From NCBI GenBank assembly GCA_018063165.1, contig JAGOQU010000001.1, positions 130,330-194,329 on the forward strand: DNA of 64,000 nt. The letters run 5' to 3'. Below, in pieces: positions 38,224 through 47,963 of the stretch (the first letter of the stretch is position 1; each line of letters begins with the position of its first letter). This stretch comes from Minisyncoccota bacterium. Its GTDB lineage: Bacteria > Patescibacteriota > Minisyncoccia > Phycocordibacterales > UBA5272. Made by a program: the position numbers and the translations under genes. Under the pieces are notes generated by a model. The model did not search any database. It was not told the DNA's origin and was given only the letters and a program-made list of their open reading frames with translations.

Positions 38224-38826
38224 ATGTTTTCCAAAAAACTTTCTGAGTTGCTTAGTTTTTCGAAGGTTGTTAATGCTTTACAGGGTGTAGAAAGAGTTGT
38301 TCGAATTCCAGAAACCGAAAGAAGAGAAAATGATGTAGAACATAGTTATCATTTAGCTATGCTTGCATGGTATGTTGCTGATTCAAATGGACTTTCGTTT
38401 GATAGAAATCTTCTTCTTAGATATGCACTTATTCATGATTTTGTTGAAGTATATGCTGGTGACACATATATTTATTCCACAAATAAAGAGCATCACGATA
38501 CGAAGAAGGAAAGAGAAGAGCTTGCTCGTATTCGTTTAGAAAATGAATTTCCTGAATTTAGCGAATTACACAGCACTATTTTAGAATATGAAATGCAGGA
38601 AAATAATGAGAGTAAATTTATTTATGTTCTAGATAAACTTCATCCAGTATTTCAAATATATTTGGATGGAGGCAGAGACTGGAAGAAACATCAAGTAACA
38701 TTAGAAATGCTTATCGGTAAAAAAGAAAATAAAGCAAAAATGTCACCAGAGCTTCTTCCTTATTGGAATGAACTACTTAGTATTCTTCGTGCTAAGGAGA
38801 AAGATCTTTTTCCAGAAGAAAAATAG
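38224..38826 (+). CDS. HD-domain phosphohydrolase (YfbR-like)
   Basis: HSYHLAMLAWYVA...LIHDFVEVYAGDT (an H...HD...D motif). Confidence 0.8.
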   Translation: MFSKKLSELLSFSKVVNALQGVERVVRIPETERRENDVEHSYHLAMLAWYVADSNGLSFDRNLLLRYALIHDFVEVYAGDTYIYSTNKEHHDTKKEREELARIRLENEFPEFSELHSTILEYEMQENNESKFIYVLDKLHPVFQIYLDGGRDWKKHQVTLEMLIGKKENKAKMSPELLPYWNELLSILRAKEKDLFPEEK

Positions 38827-38853
38827 GGTAGTGAGATTATTCAGTTCCAATGA

Positions 38854-39174
38854 TTATTCGTAATTGATAATAAACCCTCGTAACTTTTTATTTGCTTCTA
38901 AACTATTTGCTATCTCTTTTGCATCTAATGTACCATACAACATAAATACTTGTTTTGTTGCTTTTGTAATAACTGTCATCTGTACCATAGAAGAGGTAGA
39001 GACAATTTTGATGGACTGATTTCGTGCACCGATTCCTGCTTCAATAAAACCATTTTGTATACGTATATTTGGAAAAGATGTGGTAAGTGTATCAAGAATA
39101 ATTCTAGCACCTGTAATAATTGTTGTGTGTGTGCCAGCCTTGCTTTTACCATCAAAATGTTTTTGTCTAGCCAT
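38854..39174 (-). CDS. SpoVS-like protein
   Basis: FIEAGIGARNQSIKIV resembles the SpoVS segment EIQAIGAGALNQAVKAV. 106 aa. Confidence 0.45.
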   Translation of the reverse strand: MARQKHFDGKSKAGTHTTIITGARIILDTLTTSFPNIRIQNGFIEAGIGARNQSIKIVSTSSMVQMTVITKATKQVFMLYGTLDAKEIANSLEANKKLRGFIINYE

Positions 39175-39224
39175 GAGTAAATGAGATAGTTAAAAGCGAC
39201 ACCGTAAGGTGTCGCTTGTAACTG

Positions 39225-39506
39225 TTATGCCTTTGGTTCGACATTAGCTAGCTTCTTTCTTTTTATTGTTCCGTCTAAATGTTTCATACGACGTTCAGAA
39301 AAAGATACTTTTCCTTCTACAAGAGCGAATAGTGTATGATCACGTCCAAGTCCAACATTTTTTCCTGGCATGATTTTTGTACCACGCTGACGAACAATAA
39401 TTGCTCCAGCTGATGCTGTTTCTCCGGCGTAAAGCTTGGTACCTAGGTACTTTGGCTTACTGTCTGTTAGGTTTTTTGCCGAACCTGCGGCTTTTCTTGT
39501 TGCCAT
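39225..39506 (-). CDS. rpmA: 50S ribosomal protein bL27
   Basis: [16 protein letters not shown]...[32 protein letters not shown]. Confidence 0.92.
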   Translation of the reverse strand: MATRKAAGSAKNLTDSKPKYLGTKLYAGETASAGAIIVRQRGTKIMPGKNVGLGRDHTLFALVEGKVSFSERRMKHLDGTIKRKKLANVEPKA

Positions 39507-39529
39507 AGCGTATACTTAATAAATATTAT

Positions 39530-39880
39530 ATGGGTAGCAGTATACAAGATTATTTAAAAAAAATCAATAGCAAGCTAACTTGGCTTGATTGTGTAAGTCT
39601 TTTAGTTACAATGCTTTTTATTATGATTTGTGTGGTATTTTTAATCATAAAGAAAAAAAGTTCAAATATTCCCGTTTCGTATATAGTAGGTAAACCACTT
39701 GTTTCAACTGTTGTTGACGCGCAAGATATTCGTCCTTTTGGAAGTAAACATGGTACAACATATACTTTTTACTGGTGTAAAAAACAAGAAATGATACGTG
39801 AATATAATAAAATTTATTTTAATAACGAAGAAGAAGCAAAGAAAACAGGTAGAACACTTTCAAAATTTTGTCAAAAATAA
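39530..39880 (+). CDS. Membrane-anchored protein with a C-terminal Ada-like zinc-binding motif
   Basis: TM anchor, then TYTFYWCKKQEMIREYNKIYFNNEEEAKKTGRTLSKFC. This resembles the Ada N-terminal segment YHRPSC...ENVRFFHSAEEAEAAGYRPCKRC. Confidence 0.4.
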   Translation: MGSSIQDYLKKINSKLTWLDCVSLLVTMLFIMICVVFLIIKKKSSNIPVSYIVGKPLVSTVVDAQDIRPFGSKHGTTYTFYWCKKQEMIREYNKIYFNNEEEAKKTGRTLSKFCQK

Positions 39881-39890
39881 TCAAAAAAAA

Positions 39891-39918
39891 GACCCCAGCA
39901 CACATTAATGCTGGGGTT
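39891..39918 (+). terminator. Rho-independent terminator
   Basis: GACCCCAGCAcacattaaTGCTGGGGTT. Confidence 0.7.
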
Positions 39919-40114
39919 TAGAGTATTTGGTGAATCGGACACCCGACACTTTTCATACTCTACGTAAAGAAATTATTCAGAGGGTGGGAGGTGAAAATCT
40001 CTGAAACGTCTACGCACGTAATATTGTAACACATTTATTTAAGTTGTCTATTCCATACAAAATAATGTGTATTTATCCACACTATTTTTTTGTAAAAGTC
40101 TATATACTGTATAT

Positions 40115-40180
40115 ATGGCAAAAGAAGAAAAATATCATAAAAAAGAACAAAAGAAACCAAAGAAAGTTGTTACTAAATAA
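40115..40180 (+). CDS. Candidate 21-aa lysine-rich micro-protein (MAKEEKYHKKEQKKPKKVVTK)
   Basis: The ATG lies 8 nt after a TATACT -10 box, which implies a leaderless transcript. The stop is followed immediately by a strong terminator (40191-40221, AAAACCCCATCGACgtaGTCGATGGGGTTTT). Confidence 0.3.
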   Translation: MAKEEKYHKKEQKKPKKVVTK

Positions 40181-40242
40181 TGTGTAGTAGAAAACCCCAT
40201 CGACGTAGTCGATGGGGTTTTGTTTTGAAGGTATACCTCCTG

Positions 40243-40650
40243 CTAATTATTGTGTTTTAATCCTATGTATCCTGTATATATTACAAGTGCTGATATGGGT
40301 ATCATCGGAATAACCAGCATTGAAGCTAAGATATTTGTAGTGACGCCATCTTCTGAATATATACGTAGCAGAATTATGCTTGCGTATAATGATGTGCATA
40401 TATTTGTTAGTCCATAACAAGTGGTTATCCAAGTTATTTGAGCTGGGTATTTTGTTATCCAGCGTAGCGTTGTCAGTATGACAATGCAAGGTGAGACAAA
40501 CAAAATCAAAACAAATGAATGTATTACAAACCAAGATGCAGGGATGATTCCCCACCTAAAGAATAGTATAGGTATAATACCTATACTAAATAAACAAGTA
40601 AGAAGAGATGATACGGGGTGTATATACTCTTTTTTTAAAATATTTTTCAA
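40243..40650 (-). CDS. 4-TM membrane protein
   Basis: 135-aa hydrophobic ORF. Confidence 0.45.
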   Translation of the reverse strand: MKNILKKEYIHPVSSLLTCLFSIGIIPILFFRWGIIPASWFVIHSFVLILFVSPCIVILTTLRWITKYPAQITWITTCYGLTNICTSLYASIILLRIYSEDGVTTNILASMLVIPMIPISALVIYTGYIGLKHNN

Positions 40651-40808
40651 TGAAATCTCCTAATAGAATATATAAAAACAAAGATCCTATATTTATATTA
40701 TACACTATTTATGTGTAATTGTCAATATTTACATATTTTAAATAATATTTTATTTAAATATACGATTATTCGCTTAGTACCTCTGTAATTTGCTATACTT
40801 ATAAGTAT

Positions 40809-41402
40809 ATGATGTTTACTCCACGTATTAATGAGGCTATTAAGCTTTCGTGCCATCTTCACCGAAACCAGACAAGAAAAGATTTTTATAATACACCATA
40901 TGTGAGTCATCTTTTTTCTGTTGGTATGATTTTGTCTTCTGTGACCAATGATGAAGAAATTATGATAGCAGGTCTTATGCATGATTCCTTGGAAGATGTA
41001 CCAGACTACTCATATGACATGCTTGTAAAAGATTGTGGTAAAAGAGTTGCAGATATCGTAACACACGTAACAGAGCCACTTGATGCTAACAAAAGAGAAG
41101 ATGAACAGCTTCCGTGGCTTGAAAGAAAAGAAGCATATTTACATGTGCTTAGAAATGGAGAAAAAGAAAGCGCAATGGTAAGTGCGGCAGATAAAATACA
41201 TAATACTGAAAGTTTTCTTTTTGATGTAGCAAAAGAAGGTGATGTTTTTCTTTCTCGTTTTCATTCAAGTCTTCGTAATAAGCTTTGGTTTCATGAAGAA
41301 GTTCTTGCTATTGTGAGTCAAAAATTAGGCAATGATAATCCTCTTGTTACAAGACTTGTGTTATGCACAGAAGAATTTAGAAAATTGTGCGAAAATAGAT
41401 AG
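40809..41402 (+). CDS. HD-domain protein of the RelA/SpoT (p)ppGpp-hydrolase type
   Basis: PYVSHLFSVGMILS...IAGLMHDSLEDV...ADKIHN. Confidence 0.75.
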   Translation: MMFTPRINEAIKLSCHLHRNQTRKDFYNTPYVSHLFSVGMILSSVTNDEEIMIAGLMHDSLEDVPDYSYDMLVKDCGKRVADIVTHVTEPLDANKREDEQLPWLERKEAYLHVLRNGEKESAMVSAADKIHNTESFLFDVAKEGDVFLSRFHSSLRNKLWFHEEVLAIVSQKLGNDNPLVTRLVLCTEEFRKLCENR

Positions 41403-41418
41403 CTAGTCTAGATATTGT

Positions 41419-42171
41419 ATGATTCAAACTTATATTTCTATTATTTTTTCTCTGTTTATTATTGAAGTTCTTCTTTCGGTAGATAACGCACTTGTGAATG
41501 CAACACTCGCTGAGTCACTTCCAGAAGAAAAGAGAAAGAAGGCACTTCGTATTGGTATTCTTTTGGGTGCATTCTTTCGAGTTGTTGCACTTTTCCTTGC
41601 AGCACTTATTATTCAAAACATTTGGCTTAAGATAGCGGGAGGTCTCTATCTCGTCTATTTGGCAATTAACCATCTTGGGCGAGTTGTTTCTGAAGACGGT
41701 AAAGAAATTAAAGCAAAGACGACATATAGGGGAGTTATCTTGCAAATCGCTCTAGCGGATATTGTGTTTAGTCTCGATAATGTAATCTCTGCTGTAAGCT
41801 TTTCAGAAAATATTTATATTGTGATGCTTGGAGTTGGTATAGGTGTTATCTCAATGCTCTTTATCACACCAATACTTTCGAGGCTTATACATAAGTATAA
41901 TGGGATGCCTCAAGCTGCGTATACAATAGTGGGTGTTGTTGGTGTAACTCTTCTTATAGAAACGTTTATGCATATTCATATTTCTGAATTTAGTAAATTT
42001 GTAACTGTTTTTTCTATAGCGTTGTTTACCGTATGGTATGAACACAGTTTTATTGTTAGACGTATTTCTAATCCTGTTCTTAAAAGTTTGCAGTATATTA
42101 TCGCAATTCCTGTTGATATTGTATATGCTATTAAAAGTGTATTGGTTAGAGTATTTGAAAAGGTTAGATAA
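41419..42171 (+). CDS. TerC-family integral membrane protein
   Basis: LSVDNALVNATLAESLPEEKRKKALRIGILLGAFFRVVALF and a second DN-containing half-repeat. Confidence 0.85.
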   Translation: MIQTYISIIFSLFIIEVLLSVDNALVNATLAESLPEEKRKKALRIGILLGAFFRVVALFLAALIIQNIWLKIAGGLYLVYLAINHLGRVVSEDGKEIKAKTTYRGVILQIALADIVFSLDNVISAVSFSENIYIVMLGVGIGVISMLFITPILSRLIHKYNGMPQAAYTIVGVVGVTLLIETFMHIHISEFSKFVTVFSIALFTVWYEHSFIVRRISNPVLKSLQYIIAIPVDIVYAIKSVLVRVFEKVR

Positions 42172-42173
42172 AA

Positions 42174-42284
42174 AAAGAAAAGTGCGAAACCGAAAGGTTT
42201 CGCACTTTTTACATTCTTTGAAGTGTCATATATTTCATTTCTTTTTCTTGTACCTTTTTTTCTTTTTCGTGTGGAGGGAGAGAT
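42174..42284. repeat. 111-bp direct repeat, copy A (3' coding end plus terminator)
   Basis: Identical apart from 1 mismatch to 42866-42976. Confidence 0.8.
42177..42210. terminator. Bidirectional terminator (copy A of the shared 3' module)
   Basis: AAAAGTGCGAAACCgaaaGGTTTCGCACTTTTT between convergent genes. Confidence 0.75.
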
Positions 42285-42766
42285 GTTGTGCAAAGAAGAT
42301 ATTCAATTAGAACTGACAAAAATATCAACATTGAAAAACAAAGAAAATTAAACAAAAAAATTAACTCAATAAGATTTGTTTCATTTTTACTGCCAAGAAA
42401 TATAAAGAAAGGAAGAGAAAGTATACAAAGAAAACTAACTAAAATTAGTATAATTCTAGGCTCTTTCCTATTTTTTATTTCAGCTGGAAGTATTCCGAGC
42501 GGCTGGTTTCTTTTCGAAATCATTTCCCATATCATGAGGTTTAAGGTGCATGTAGTCATAAAAACTAAATTTATGATTGCACTTATAAAATTACTTTCAA
42601 GTATAAATCTTGTTGTTCCTACGAGAAAGAAAACAAGTAATCCTACCCTTATAAGTGATAAGCAAAAGTTAGTCAAGTCTTTCCTAGTTATTTTTGTATA
42701 GAGTTCAAATTGCCTTACAGACCATTGTGTCATGTTAATAAGTCCTGTATCGATTGTAGAGAACAT
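42209..42766 (-). CDS. 4-TM membrane protein, paralogue A
   Basis: 185 aa. The N-terminus MFSTIDTGLI and the C-terminal 25 aa SLPPHEKEKKVQEKEMKYMTLQRM are shared with paralogue B. Confidence 0.5.
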   Translation of the reverse strand: MFSTIDTGLINMTQWSVRQFELYTKITRKDLTNFCLSLIRVGLLVFFLVGTTRFILESNFISAIINLVFMTTCTLNLMIWEMISKRNQPLGILPAEIKNRKEPRIILILVSFLCILSLPFFIFLGSKNETNLIELIFLFNFLCFSMLIFLSVLIEYLLCTTSLPPHEKEKKVQEKEMKYMTLQRM

Positions 42767-42865
42767 GCTAATTCCTTTATATTTGAATAAATATTGTTGA
42801 AAATCTAAGAGTAGACTACATTAACATCCGTCTTTCGTCAACAAGGTGTAAGATATTTTTTGATA

Positions 42866-42976
42866 AAAGAAAAGTGCGAAACCGAAAGGTTTCGCACTTT
42901 TTACATTCTTTGAAGTGTCATATATTTTATTTCTTTTTCTTGTACCTTTTTTTCTTTTTCGTGTGGAGGTAGAGAT
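42866..42976. repeat. 111-bp direct repeat, copy B
   Basis: See copy A. Confidence 0.8.
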
Positions 42977-43437
42977 CTGGCACACAAAAAATATTCAACC
43001 ATTATGGTAAGAAATAATTGAAAAACAATACATACGCTATTTTTATATATATCATGTTCAACAAGAAAAAGGAGATACAAAAAGAAAATATTAATAGGAA
43101 AGGAAAAGAGCCAAATAAGTCTGATATCTTTTCTTGAAATAATTACCTTCGGTAAAGTACTTTCTTGTTTTTGTTTTTTTATTATCTTGTATTGTTGATT
43201 ACTAAGTATAAAAGTAAGCACACAATACATAATAAGATTAAAGAAAGCCGCTAAGCGTTGTAAAATAATATCTTGATTGTTGTAGACTAAAAATACAATA
43301 GAAATAATACTAACTATTTTTAGAAAAGTGGTACAAATATAAATAAGTTTTTTCTTAGTTATTGATGTATGTATTTCTAGTGTATGTAGTATTTTTTCAC
43401 TAATTTCTATTAATGCAGGATCAATTACAGAGAACAT
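42901..43437 (-). CDS. 4-TM membrane protein, paralogue B
   Basis: 178 aa. N-terminus MFSVIDPALI, the same C-terminal tail and the same terminator as paralogue A. The central region is divergent. Confidence 0.5.
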   Translation of the reverse strand: MFSVIDPALIEISEKILHTLEIHTSITKKKLIYICTTFLKIVSIISIVFLVYNNQDIILQRLAAFFNLIMYCVLTFILSNQQYKIIKKQKQESTLPKVIISRKDIRLIWLFSFPINIFFLYLLFLVEHDIYKNSVCIVFQLFLTIMVEYFLCARSLPPHEKEKKVQEKEIKYMTLQRM

Positions 43438-43539
43438 AAAAACCTTTCTATGAAATTATTTCACACAAAATCTATATCTAACTTACAGTAACATGTATAT
43501 TTAGTCAATATAACGTATACTTAGATGTATATTACTTGT

Positions 43540-46500
43540 ATGAATAAAAATAGCAAAGCACACAATATATTATTTGAAGATCGTTATAAAGCCTTAAATA
43601 AAGCTCAAAAGAAAGCAGTTGATACTATAGATGGACCGGTTATGGTGATAGCAGGTCCTGGGTCAGGTAAAACGGAACTTCTTTCTCTCCGTATTGGAAA
43701 TATTTTAAAAGCTGGCACTGCACGAGCGTCATCGATTCTCTGTCTTACATTTACAGAAACTGCCGCACGTAACATGAGAGAGCGACTTGAGAAACTTATA
43801 GGAGCAGATGCATACCGTGTTGCTATTTATACATTTCATGGTTTCTGTACAGATATCATTGGTAGATATCCAGAATATTTTTTTAATGCGACACATTTTA
43901 GGCCGGCAAGTGATCTGGCACAGAGTGAAATTTTGGAAAAGATATTTGAGAGACTTCCATATAAACATGTGCTTGGAGGTTTTCATCCTGAGCGGGGGTA
44001 TTCATATCTGAAAGAGTGTCAATCAAAAATAAAAGATATAAAAAAAGGAGGGCTAACACCAAGTAGGTTTAAGGAAATAATACAAGAAAACGCACTTGTA
44101 TATCCAATGCTTAATAAAATTCTTGCAGATAATTTACCTGATCGTGTCGGGAAGGATTCATACAATTCTTTTGTAACAATGAGAGACCTTTTCATACAGT
44201 CGGAAACATCACTCGGTGCGAGGTATGCTATTTCGATAGGTAGAGCGCTCGAGGCAGTAGACCAGACCGAAAAGAATACTCCGCTGTCTGCATGGAAAAG
44301 TGAGAACACAACAAAAGATGAAGCAGGTAACAGAGTGCTCAAAGATTTTTTACTTACAGAAAAATTACTTGCTCTTGGTGATGTATATGAGATGTATCAG
44401 GTTGCTCTCCATCAGAATGGGTATTTTGATTATGAAGATATGATACTTCAAGTGGTTGAAGCACTCACTAAACATATTTCTCTTCGTACTGAGTTAGAAG
44501 AAATGTATCAGTATATTATGGTTGATGAATTTCAAGATACGAACAACGCTCAGCTTTCACTTGTAAAAGCAATATCAAGTAATCCAGTTCATGAAGGAAA
44601 ACCTAATGTATGTGTGGTGGGTGATGACGATCAAGCAATTTATAAATTTCAAGGTGCAGAAATTTCTAATATTCTTTCTTTTAAAAAATTATATGATGAT
44701 GTAGAAGTTATTGTTCTTACTGAGAATTATCGTTCCACACAAAAGATTCTTGATTTTGCTCGAGCTATTGTTGTCCAGGGTTTTGAGCGTTTAGAGACAC
44801 GTGAAAAGATTAGTAAAAATCTTACAGCAAAAAATAATACATTACATGATGGTGATATTTATACGCTTTCATTTCCATCTCCTGAAGAAGAGTATGCGTA
44901 TATAGCAGGAGAAGTGGCTACGTTGCTTAAAAATAAAGTAGAAGCAAAAGAGATAGCATTAATAGCACGTGAACATAAACAACTTATTTTACTTCTTCCG
45001 TATCTTGATAAATTAGATATTCCGTATATATATACTCGTAAAGAAAACGTGTTTGATGAACAACATGTAAAAGAACTTATAACTCTTTGTCGTTTCCTTG
45101 CTACTATCGGTGACACAAAATATGAACGTGATGATTTGTTACCAAGTATTCTTGCGTTTCCATTTTGGGGACTTGATCGTATTTCTATTTGGAGAATTGC
45201 CGAGCAAGCTAAACGAGAAAATGTTTCTTGGCTTTCAGCTATGGAACAATCAAGCGATAAAAATATTGCTGAACTCGCAAAGTTTTTAATCGAACTGGGG
45301 ATAGCATCTCAAACAACACCACTTGAAATTATTTTAGACACTCTTATTGGAAGTAAAGATATTCCTCTTACTAGTGAATCACCTGATGACGACGCTTCTT
45401 TTTTGCGTGAAAATATTACCCTTACAACAGAGTTCACATCACCATACAAAGCTTTTTATTTTGGTAAAAGTGCGCTTAAAGAAAATGCGAGTTCGTATAT
45501 ACATTTTCTTTCGTCACTTAGAGTTTTTATGCGAGCACTTCGTGAGTATAAAGAAGGGGAGTCTCTTAGGGCACATGATGTAGGAGATTTTGTTGATATG
45601 CATGTATCATATTCAATACCGCTTATTAACGAAACTTCATTTGCACATAATGAAAATTCTATTCAATTACTTACTTCACATGGTGCAAAAGGTCTTGAGT
45701 TTGAATATGTTTTTGTGGTGGCTGTAAATGATGCTGTTTGGGCTGGAAGTAAAAAAGGTAGTAAGCTTTCATTTCCTGAGAATTTACCGTTAACCGGAGC
45801 GGGTGACAATGAAGATGATTTCATTAGACTCTTTTATGTAGCGCTCACACGTGCACGACATACTATATATATTACACATCATAAAAGTCCTCTTAGATTT
45901 TTACAAACAAGTGAATTACCAGAAACAAAAAATGAATACGCTGAAGTAGCTTCTTCGGAACTTTTGGCTCATGGACTTTCTGTATATCAAGCTCCACCAT
46001 TTGCAAAAGATGAAAGAGCTCTTCTTGAAAAAGTTGTAGAAGGATATATGCTTTCACCAACACATTTAAATAATTTTTTAAATATTATAGATGGTGGACC
46101 AATGATGTTTCTTGAACAAAATCTTCTTCGTTTTCCTCAAGCAAAAACAGCAAGTAGTGTTTATGGAACTGCTATACATAAAGCACTTGAGGATGCACAT
46201 GTTATGGTGCGTAAAGATGGAAAGCTTCCAAAAGTAGAAGCGCTTATAGGTATATTTGCTAAAGAATTAAAGTATGGAAGATTACAAGATTTTGAAGAAG
46301 ATAAATTACGTAATCGTGGTGAAAAAGTTCTCAGAACATATTATGAATTAAAAAAAGATGAAATCAAAAAAGGGTCTTTAGTAGAAATTAATTTTTCAAA
46401 ACAATCTGTTATGGTAGATGGTGCGTTGCTCACTGGTAAAATAGATAAAGTTATAGAAGATGAGGATAAAAATTGGATTGTGGTTGATTTAAAAACTGGT

Positions 46501-46863
46501 AAAGGGTTCAGTGAGTGGAATGAGAAGGGGCAGAGTGCTTATGATGAAATTAAATTACATCATTATAAATATCAACTTATGATGTATAAAATACTTGTTG
46601 ATAACTCACGTGATTATAGTGTACACACAGTAACTTCTGGTGTACTTGAATTTGTTGAAGAAGAAGTTGAACAGAAGATACAAGAACTCTCTCTTATTTT
46701 TTCTGGTCATGATATAGATCATGAACTTCCTCGTTTTAAAAAACTTATCGTATCTGTATATAAAAAAATTGCTACACTTGATTTTCCAGATACAGAAAAA
46801 TATGAAAAAACGTTAGAAGGTATTAAAGAGTTTGAAGAAGATTTGATTGCTGGTGTTGTGTAA
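43540..46863 (+). CDS. UvrD/PcrA-type helicase fused to a C-terminal PD-(D/E)xK (RecB-like) nuclease domain (AddA-like)
   Basis: Walker A AGPGSGKTELL. The UvrD motifs DEFQDTN and VGDDDQAIY, then YRST. The C-terminal ...VVDLKTGK...YKYQLMMYKIL (DxK plus QxxxY) is a RecB-family nuclease signature. Confidence 0.85.
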   Translation: MNKNSKAHNILFEDRYKALNKAQKKAVDTIDGPVMVIAGPGSGKTELLSLRIGNILKAGTARASSILCLTFTETAARNMRERLEKLIGADAYRVAIYTFHGFCTDIIGRYPEYFFNATHFRPASDLAQSEILEKIFERLPYKHVLGGFHPERGYSYLKECQSKIKDIKKGGLTPSRFKEIIQENALVYPMLNKILADNLPDRVGKDSYNSFVTMRDLFIQSETSLGARYAISIGRALEAVDQTEKNTPLSAWKSENTTKDEAGNRVLKDFLLTEKLLALGDVYEMYQVALHQNGYFDYEDMILQVVEALTKHISLRTELEEMYQYIMVDEFQDTNNAQLSLVKAISSNPVHEGKPNVCVVGDDDQAIYKFQGAEISNILSFKKLYDDVEVIVLTENYRSTQKILDFARAIVVQGFERLETREKISKNLTAKNNTLHDGDIYTLSFPSPEEEYAYIAGEVATLLKNKVEAKEIALIAREHKQLILLLPYLDKLDIPYIYTRKENVFDEQHVKELITLCRFLATIGDTKYERDDLLPSILAFPFWGLDRISIWRIAEQAKRENVSWLSAMEQSSDKNIAELAKFLIELGIASQTTPLEIILDTLIGSKDIPLTSESPDDDASFLRENITLTTEFTSPYKAFYFGKSALKENASSYIHFLSSLRVFMRALREYKEGESLRAHDVGDFVDMHVSYSIPLINETSFAHNENSIQLLTSHGAKGLEFEYVFVVAVNDAVWAGSKKGSKLSFPENLPLTGAGDNEDDFIRLFYVALTRARHTIYITHHKSPLRFLQTSELPETKNEYAEVASSELLAHGLSVYQAPPFAKDERALLEKVVEGYMLSPTHLNNFLNIIDGGPMMFLEQNLLRFPQAKTASSVYGTAIHKALEDAHVMVRKDGKLPKVEALIGIFAKELKYGRLQDFEEDKLRNRGEKVLRTYYELKKDEIKKGSLVEINFSKQSVMVDGALLTGKIDKVIEDEDKNWIVVDLKTGKGFSEWNEKGQSAYDEIKLHHYKYQLMMYKILVDNSRDYSVHTVTSGVLEFVEEEVEQKIQELSLIFSGHDIDHELPRFKKLIVSVYKKIATLDFPDTEKYEKTLEGIKEFEEDLIAGVV

Positions 46864-46949
46864 AGTAGATAATATTGACTTTATTGATTTTTCTTGTAGT
46901 ATTGTGTGTGGAGTATATTGTTAACATTAATTAATGTAAGGAGACACTA

Positions 46950-47408
46950 ATGAATGATTCTTTAAAGAATAATGCTTGTTTCCCGGTTTTTTTTGACCGT
47001 GCACAATTGGTTAAACAAAATCAACTTGGTGAGAAATACAATGCTGCTTTTATGTATGCAAAAAGTATTTTTTTAAAAGCGGGTGCTATTTGTGATTATG
47101 AAAAATATTTTTTATCTCCACAAATTGTTGAAAGGTTTTTTATTAATGATAAAAAAGTGTTAGGGTATCAATGTGTTTTTTTTGATAAATACACAGAACT
47201 CAGTTCTTTGGAAAGAGAAACATTGCAAGGATTAACTTTTAAGGAGCTTGTTGATTCTTTAGATAGACAAGTTCTTGTAAAAATTGGTCTTGTTTGGGAA
47301 AAAGGTCCAGATAAAGCTCCCACATTGACACTTTGTTCTAACACTATGGAAATCAAAGATTTAGATTTTATGAAATTTATGCTTAAACCTTTTGATTTTT
47401 ATATGTAA
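46950..47408 (+). CDS. Hypothetical protein
   Basis: 152 aa with a strong AAGGAGA RBS. Aromatic-rich. No motif recognised. Confidence 0.5.
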   Translation: MNDSLKNNACFPVFFDRAQLVKQNQLGEKYNAAFMYAKSIFLKAGAICDYEKYFLSPQIVERFFINDKKVLGYQCVFFDKYTELSSLERETLQGLTFKELVDSLDRQVLVKIGLVWEKGPDKAPTLTLCSNTMEIKDLDFMKFMLKPFDFYM

Positions 47409-47423
47409 TAAAAGGAGATAAGA

Positions 47424-47891
47424 ATGTGTATGTTCTATGGAAGAAATTTTTGGAGCGATGCTGTTGTGCAAGATGAATGTGATTTTAAAATTCACTTTCC
47501 TTTTGCTTATGAACATAAAGAGTATCTTGAACGACAAATGAAGAGTCTTTGTGATAAAAGAACTTACGATAGTATTATTCTGTCTAAAATTTTTCTTTAC
47601 AAGAATTATACAGATTGTATTGTGAGGTGCTATCATCATAGTACTTTTCTGCAAAGAAAAAAGTTTGCTGAAAAACATCCAACATTTCATTTATTTTTTG
47701 GAACTTTTTTACCATCGATAGAACTTGCGTCAGTTACTATCCGGTGGGAATATGGGGTTAATCAGATTCCTGTGCTTCATACGTATGAGTTTTATTTTGA
47801 TATAGAACTACAAGATTCAGTTTTAAAAGAATTGTTATCTCCAAGTGCAGCAAATGACCCTCGTTTTTCAAAAAAAATAACATGGGAATAA
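47424..47891 (+). CDS. Hypothetical protein
   Basis: 155 aa with a strong AAGGAGA RBS, starting 16 nt after the previous stop. Confidence 0.5.
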   Translation: MCMFYGRNFWSDAVVQDECDFKIHFPFAYEHKEYLERQMKSLCDKRTYDSIILSKIFLYKNYTDCIVRCYHHSTFLQRKKFAEKHPTFHLFFGTFLPSIELASVTIRWEYGVNQIPVLHTYEFYFDIELQDSVLKELLSPSAANDPRFSKKITWE

Positions 47892-47963
47892 CGTATAAAC
47901 ACATCATATATAACATATGATGTGTTTTTAATTTGTGTATCACCTGATATACTAAAATTTATT

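Noticed and set aside
42288-42701. 137-aa plus-strand ORF
   Set aside because: It is antisense to paralogue A (42209-42766) and has a K/I-rich low-complexity sequence.
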